A stretch of DNA of 64,000 bases, from positions 13,933,432 through 13,997,431 of the forward strand of contig NC_092679.1 in the NCBI RefSeq assembly GCF_964355755.1, written 5' to 3'. The stretch is from Antedon mediterranea. Lineage: Eukaryota > Animalia > Echinodermata. The notes under the pieces are model-generated. The model did no database searches and was not told where the DNA came from. It was given only the letters and a program-made list of their open reading frames with translations. Made by a program: the position numbers and the translations under genes. Shown piece by piece: positions 59,602 through 64,000 of the stretch (its first letter is position 1; every line of letters begins with the position of its first letter).

Positions 59602-60431
59602 TTTTTAGTCGCGTGGAAGCGACTCTATAGTTCACTAAGTCGGTCGGTCGGTCTGTCTGTCTGTCTGTCTGTCGGTCTGTCTGTCGGTCTGTCTGTCTGT
59701 CGGTCTGTCTGTCTGTCAGTCCGGTATCACTATGCGTTTTGTCGCTTTATGACCTTATCTTGATATCAGTTTAATCTAGCTAAGTCAATTTTTCACAGAA
59801 TATTCCTTATGGCCAGGAATCGATGTGGTTATGTTTTCACGGTGCGCAATAAAAAATTACGCGGTCTACGCACGATTTAACGAAATCACGTTTGTAATCA
59901 TATCTTAACAACCATGAATCACAATTAAATAAAATTTGGTACTCATAAATTTCAGGGCATAAATCATTATATGGCAATACAATTACGTGCGTAGCGCATG
60001 TAACGCATGCGTACGCGCGCTTAAAATTTTCAAAATTATTTTTCGATGAAATAAGAGTACGTTTCAGGCAATTTTAAGCGTTTACAAAATTGCCATGAGT
60101 GCGCAGAATTTTGCGCGCGCACTGCGCGTTAAATGTTATTGCGCACACTTTTTGCCCGATTTCTGTTTTCTTGACTTAATTTTCAACTCGAAACTACGTT
60201 ATACGAGCACGTCAAATGTGACAGGCTACGCACGTGTAAATTAAAAAAATATAAATGTTTTTAAACATTTCAACATTTTTAAACATGTTCAGTAATTTCG
60301 GTCAGTATAGTTCACTATGTCGGTCGGTCCGTCTGTCTGTCGGTCTGTCTTTCTGTCTGTCAGTCTGTTTGTCTGTCGGTCCGGTATCACTATGCATTGT
60401 AGCACGCGACTTAATGGCTGTTGGCCTTGTT
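59602..60431 (+). mobile_element. Full-length long-type Helentron HINE
   Basis: Subterminal IRs, two microsatellite tracts and 3' GGCTGTTGGCCTTGTT. Confidence 0.8.
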
Positions 60432-60902
60432 ATGAACACATATTGGTTTAACATAGTATACGGTCTGACAGGCATTGTCGGAAGAACACACAGTGTGAAA
60501 CACATCATCGAAAAGAGAAACACCGTATATGAAGAAAATCACAGTGTTGGAAGGAACCAGACATAAAAAACAAGAAAACCTTTTCCCATTAGTTTGTTTT
60601 TATGGCTGGCAGCTATTAATACATTATTATACAGATATTGCCTGCTTAGAGGTGAAATATAAGATTTGACATCCCCAAGGGAATGATATTATGTTCGAGG
60701 GAAAATATATTTCCCGAAGCGCAGCTGAGGTAAATATGTAATTCCCCGAGAACATAATATCATCCCGAGGGGATGTTAAATCTTATATTTCACCGATATA
60801 AAAGGCGATATCTGTTATATTACATAGCCAACAACAAGTAGAATATCTGCTGGGTCGGGTGAAGCTAGGCCTAGGCTATTGTAATGTATGTTCGTTCGTT
60901 CG

Positions 60903-61712
60903 TTTTTAGTCGCGTGGAAGCGACTCTATAGTTCACTATGTCGGTCGGTCGGTCTGTCTGTCGGTCTGTCTGTCTGTCTGTCGGTCCGGTATCACTATGC
61001 GTTTTATCGCTTTCTGACCTTATCTTGATATCAGTTTAATCTAGCTAGGTCAATTTTTCACAGTATATTCCTTATGGCCAGGAATCAATGTGGTTATGTT
61101 TTCACGGTGCGCAATAAAAAATTACGCGGTCTACGCACGATTTAACGAAATCACGTTTGTAATCATATCTTCACAACCATGAATCACAATTAAATAAAAT
61201 TTGGTACTCATAAATTTCAGGGCATAAATCATCATATGGCAATACAATTACGTGCGTAGCGCATGTAACGCATGCGTACGCGCGCTTAAAATTTTCAAAA
61301 TTTATTTTCGATGAAATAAGAGTACATTTCAGGCAATTTTAAGCGTTTTCAAAATTGCCATGAGTGCGCATATTTTTGCGCGCGCACTGCGCGTTAAATG
61401 TTATTACGCACTCTTTTTGCCCGATTTCTGTTTTCTTGACTTACTTTTCAACTCGAAATTACGTTATACGAGCACGTCGAAAGTGACAGGCTACGCACGT
61501 GTAAATTAAAAAAATATAAATGTTTTTAAACATTTCAACATTTTTAAACATGTTCAGTAATTTTGGTCAGTATAGTTCACTATGTCGGTCGGTCTGTCGG
61601 TCTGTCGGTCTGTCGGTTTGTCTGTCGGTCTGTCTGTCGGTCTCTCGGTCTGTATGTCGGTCCGGTATCACTATGCATTGTAGCACGCGACTTTATGGCT
61701 GTTGACCTTGTT
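60903..61712 (+). mobile_element. Full-length long-type Helentron HINE nested in repeat X
   Basis: Near-identical to 59602-60431. Confidence 0.8.
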
Positions 61713-61964
61713 ATTTCACAATGCATCAAACTTAATACTTTTACAGAAAAATTCAAAGTATTAAATAAAAAAAAAATGCAAAGCCTGGAAAAGTATGTAA
61801 ACAAGCCAGCCTAGACACCTTACCTTGCAAAGAAAAATATACAGATAATTACTAATTACATATTCTATGGCAATAAAATATTCACTTAGGTCTAGGTCGT
61901 TTAAATTAACAGAAGAATTTCCATCAATAAGCCTACATTAATAATAATAATAATATTAGTAGGC

Positions 61965-62569
61965 TCATTTTTTAAACAAATCTTCTATTAAGCAGAATAG
62001 TAACATATAAATTGTGAACAATCTGACACCAAAATTAACTATCAACGTCAACCCAATAATGAGATATGGTAATTTGCCTGAAAAACAGGTCAAAGGTCAA
62101 ATACGATATTTCTGGTCAATATTTGAGAAAAAACTTCATTATAGTAAATAGAAATGTTTATGTTCTGAACATTTTGACACCTAAGTAAACTCTCAAGGAC
62201 AAGTAGTTTATGGATATCAAAAGATATTAACCTTAATACAGTTGGACATTGCACCATAAAGGTCAAAGGTTAAAACTGGTACTTCCGGTCATTTTTTTCA
62301 AAAATACTTTATTAGAGTAGTTAGAAGAATTGTTTATGTTTTGAAAATTTTTAGCTAAAAATCAACTCTCTATGCCCAGTAGTTTCAGAGATATTGAGTG
62401 TTTAAGCGAAAATGTCCGCCAATTTAAATTATGCAAATTAAGTGACCCAAGGGGTCATTTTGCGTGACGCCCATCAAAAATTGAATTCGTATAGGATGGG
62501 CAATCTGTATACCAAATTGGGTGTTTTTGGAAAAAAACTGAACCAAAATGTCCCTAACAGACTCCACTA
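61965..62569. mobile_element. Partial Academ-like element end
   Basis: Ends ...GTCCCTAACAGACTCCACTA. AAGGTCAAAGGT, TTTTGACACC and ATTATGCAAATT motifs are shared with the arms of 23139-25623. Confidence 0.5.
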
Positions 62570-64000
62570 TGCTATTTGTTGATTGTGCTAATTTAAGGCC
62601 AACAAAAGATACGTTAGTGTCACCATGGAGGTATTTTTTACCTCCATGGTGACACGTCCAGCTATTAGAGAAGCATGACTTAAATATTTATTTTAAAAAT
62701 AATTTATTGTTCATTCAATTTTCTATCAAACTCATCACGATCATCATTCTGTCATCATACTGTACATATATATTTAAAAAATCAAATCCTGCAGGTTAAA
62801 CTATTTCTTTTTAGCTTACAAGATGATACAATTTAATTAGATAATAGATTTACACAAATAATACATTTTTCATATGTATTTATTATCTAACATGCCTTTT
62901 AAATAATTAAAAAGGAAGAATGCTTAATTATCTATAAAATAAATCCATTTTGATCATAATCGGTTAAGTATTTAATGAGTTACATCCGAAAATAGAGTAC
63001 CTGTATCTTACTTAAATAGTGCCCTCAACTTCACAATTTTACTAAACATTATTAAATCCCTGCTACAAGCACCCAAACGTAATCGTTAATAAATTATGTT
63101 TGCCTTTTCACAAGCACATGTAGTTTACACATTATTTCTAGTATATATTGGGTCAGTTTTTTTTGCATATCTGAAAAAAAAAATAATTATGGCTTCTTGT
63201 CTTAATTAACATAATAAATATCGCATATCACAGATTTTGCTGATTTTTTTGCCAAAATTATACATTTTTGCTTTAAAAAAGTAATATAATTTCAATAAAG
63301 TTAAAATAAAAATATTTTATTGAATAGATAATGTAATTAGCTATTAATCAACATTAATTTCAACAAAATACATCAAATATTTATTAAGTTATGAACAATA
63401 AAGTGCATCACTATAAAATGGCGGCCATTTTTGCCGCCATCTTGGATTTCAAGATGGCCGCAGTAAATTTGCAACGGCACACCTCGTGATTATTGTGTCT
63501 AAGGGTATTAGCTAACAAAAAAAGTTGGTGTGCTAAGTGTGTAGAAACATGGCAATGGGAGCTCTCTAAACAAGTTAATGGACCTCCGCTTATAATAATA
63601 ATATTAGTAGGCCGAATAAACAATTCGTCTTCTTCTTCGAGCCGAATCACCGGATGTTCAGCGCGTACTAGTTACTAGGTTACTACCGTGAGTATTGACC
63701 AATCACAAACGGTGTTTCATCTCATCTAGAGGGAGGACTAACAACAAATGAGGGCGCTATGTATGCATAGCTTAAATAGTTTAGTTGATTAATTTCTTCA
63801 AGCAAGTTTCGTGGCATATTGGTTGAAGCGAGATCAAGACCCACTAGATGACTTTTGTTTATTTATCGGCAAACGCGAGTGTTCCTCACGAAAATTACAC
63901 AGTCAATATCATCGTACTCGAGAATCCGATGGATTTCATATGTTTAATGACAGGGACACGATAATTACGCGAAAATAACTCAGTCAATATCATGGTACTC

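Larger units (their letters stand above)
54430..60750. repeat. Tandem segmental duplication of the 5' flank of the LRR gene
   Basis: 54430-55029 matches 58153-58955, and 56538-58152 matches 58903-60750. Confidence 0.85.
60628..64000. mobile_element. Dispersed repeat X copy with nested insertions, running off the window
   Basis: 60628-60880, 61750-61964 and 63592-64000 match 35628-36097 and 46266-46540. Confidence 0.6.

Noticed and set aside
60255-61814. SVCLSV / TDRQ repeat ORFs
   Set aside because: They are translations of the GTCT/GTCG microsatellite of HINEs.

Overview
AT-rich, intron- and transposon-rich animal genomic DNA. The frequent TAGGCCTA runs suggest a marine invertebrate, possibly an echinoderm, but the organism is not established. 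The main feature, largely invisible in the ORF track, is one minus-strand gene that I rebuilt by hand from 19 phase-compatible GT-AG exons (54359 to 5124, about 1100 aa). It encodes a signal peptide, an LRRNT cap, about 16 LRRs on 60-135 bp exons, Cys-rich CxxC repeats and about 9 hydrophobic segments. Its introns hold nested elements: a decayed DIRS/Ngaro tyrosine-recombinase retroelement, Harbinger elements nested in each other, CR1/L2, Rex1, RTE and L1/Tx1 LINE fragments, Academ-, Kolobok-, MULE- and Sola-like DNA elements, Helitrons and Helentron-type HINEs. One intron also holds an 8-unit, about 364-bp tandem array whose units each carry a tRNA-like cloverleaf with the atypical anticodon ATC. 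The window opens inside an apparently intact PIF/Harbinger transposon whose transposase and MADF-BESS genes are interleaved in each other's introns. Four tiny CATG hairpin scars between 7-bp direct repeats look like P-element excision footprints. All calls come from manual reading; no database searches were run.
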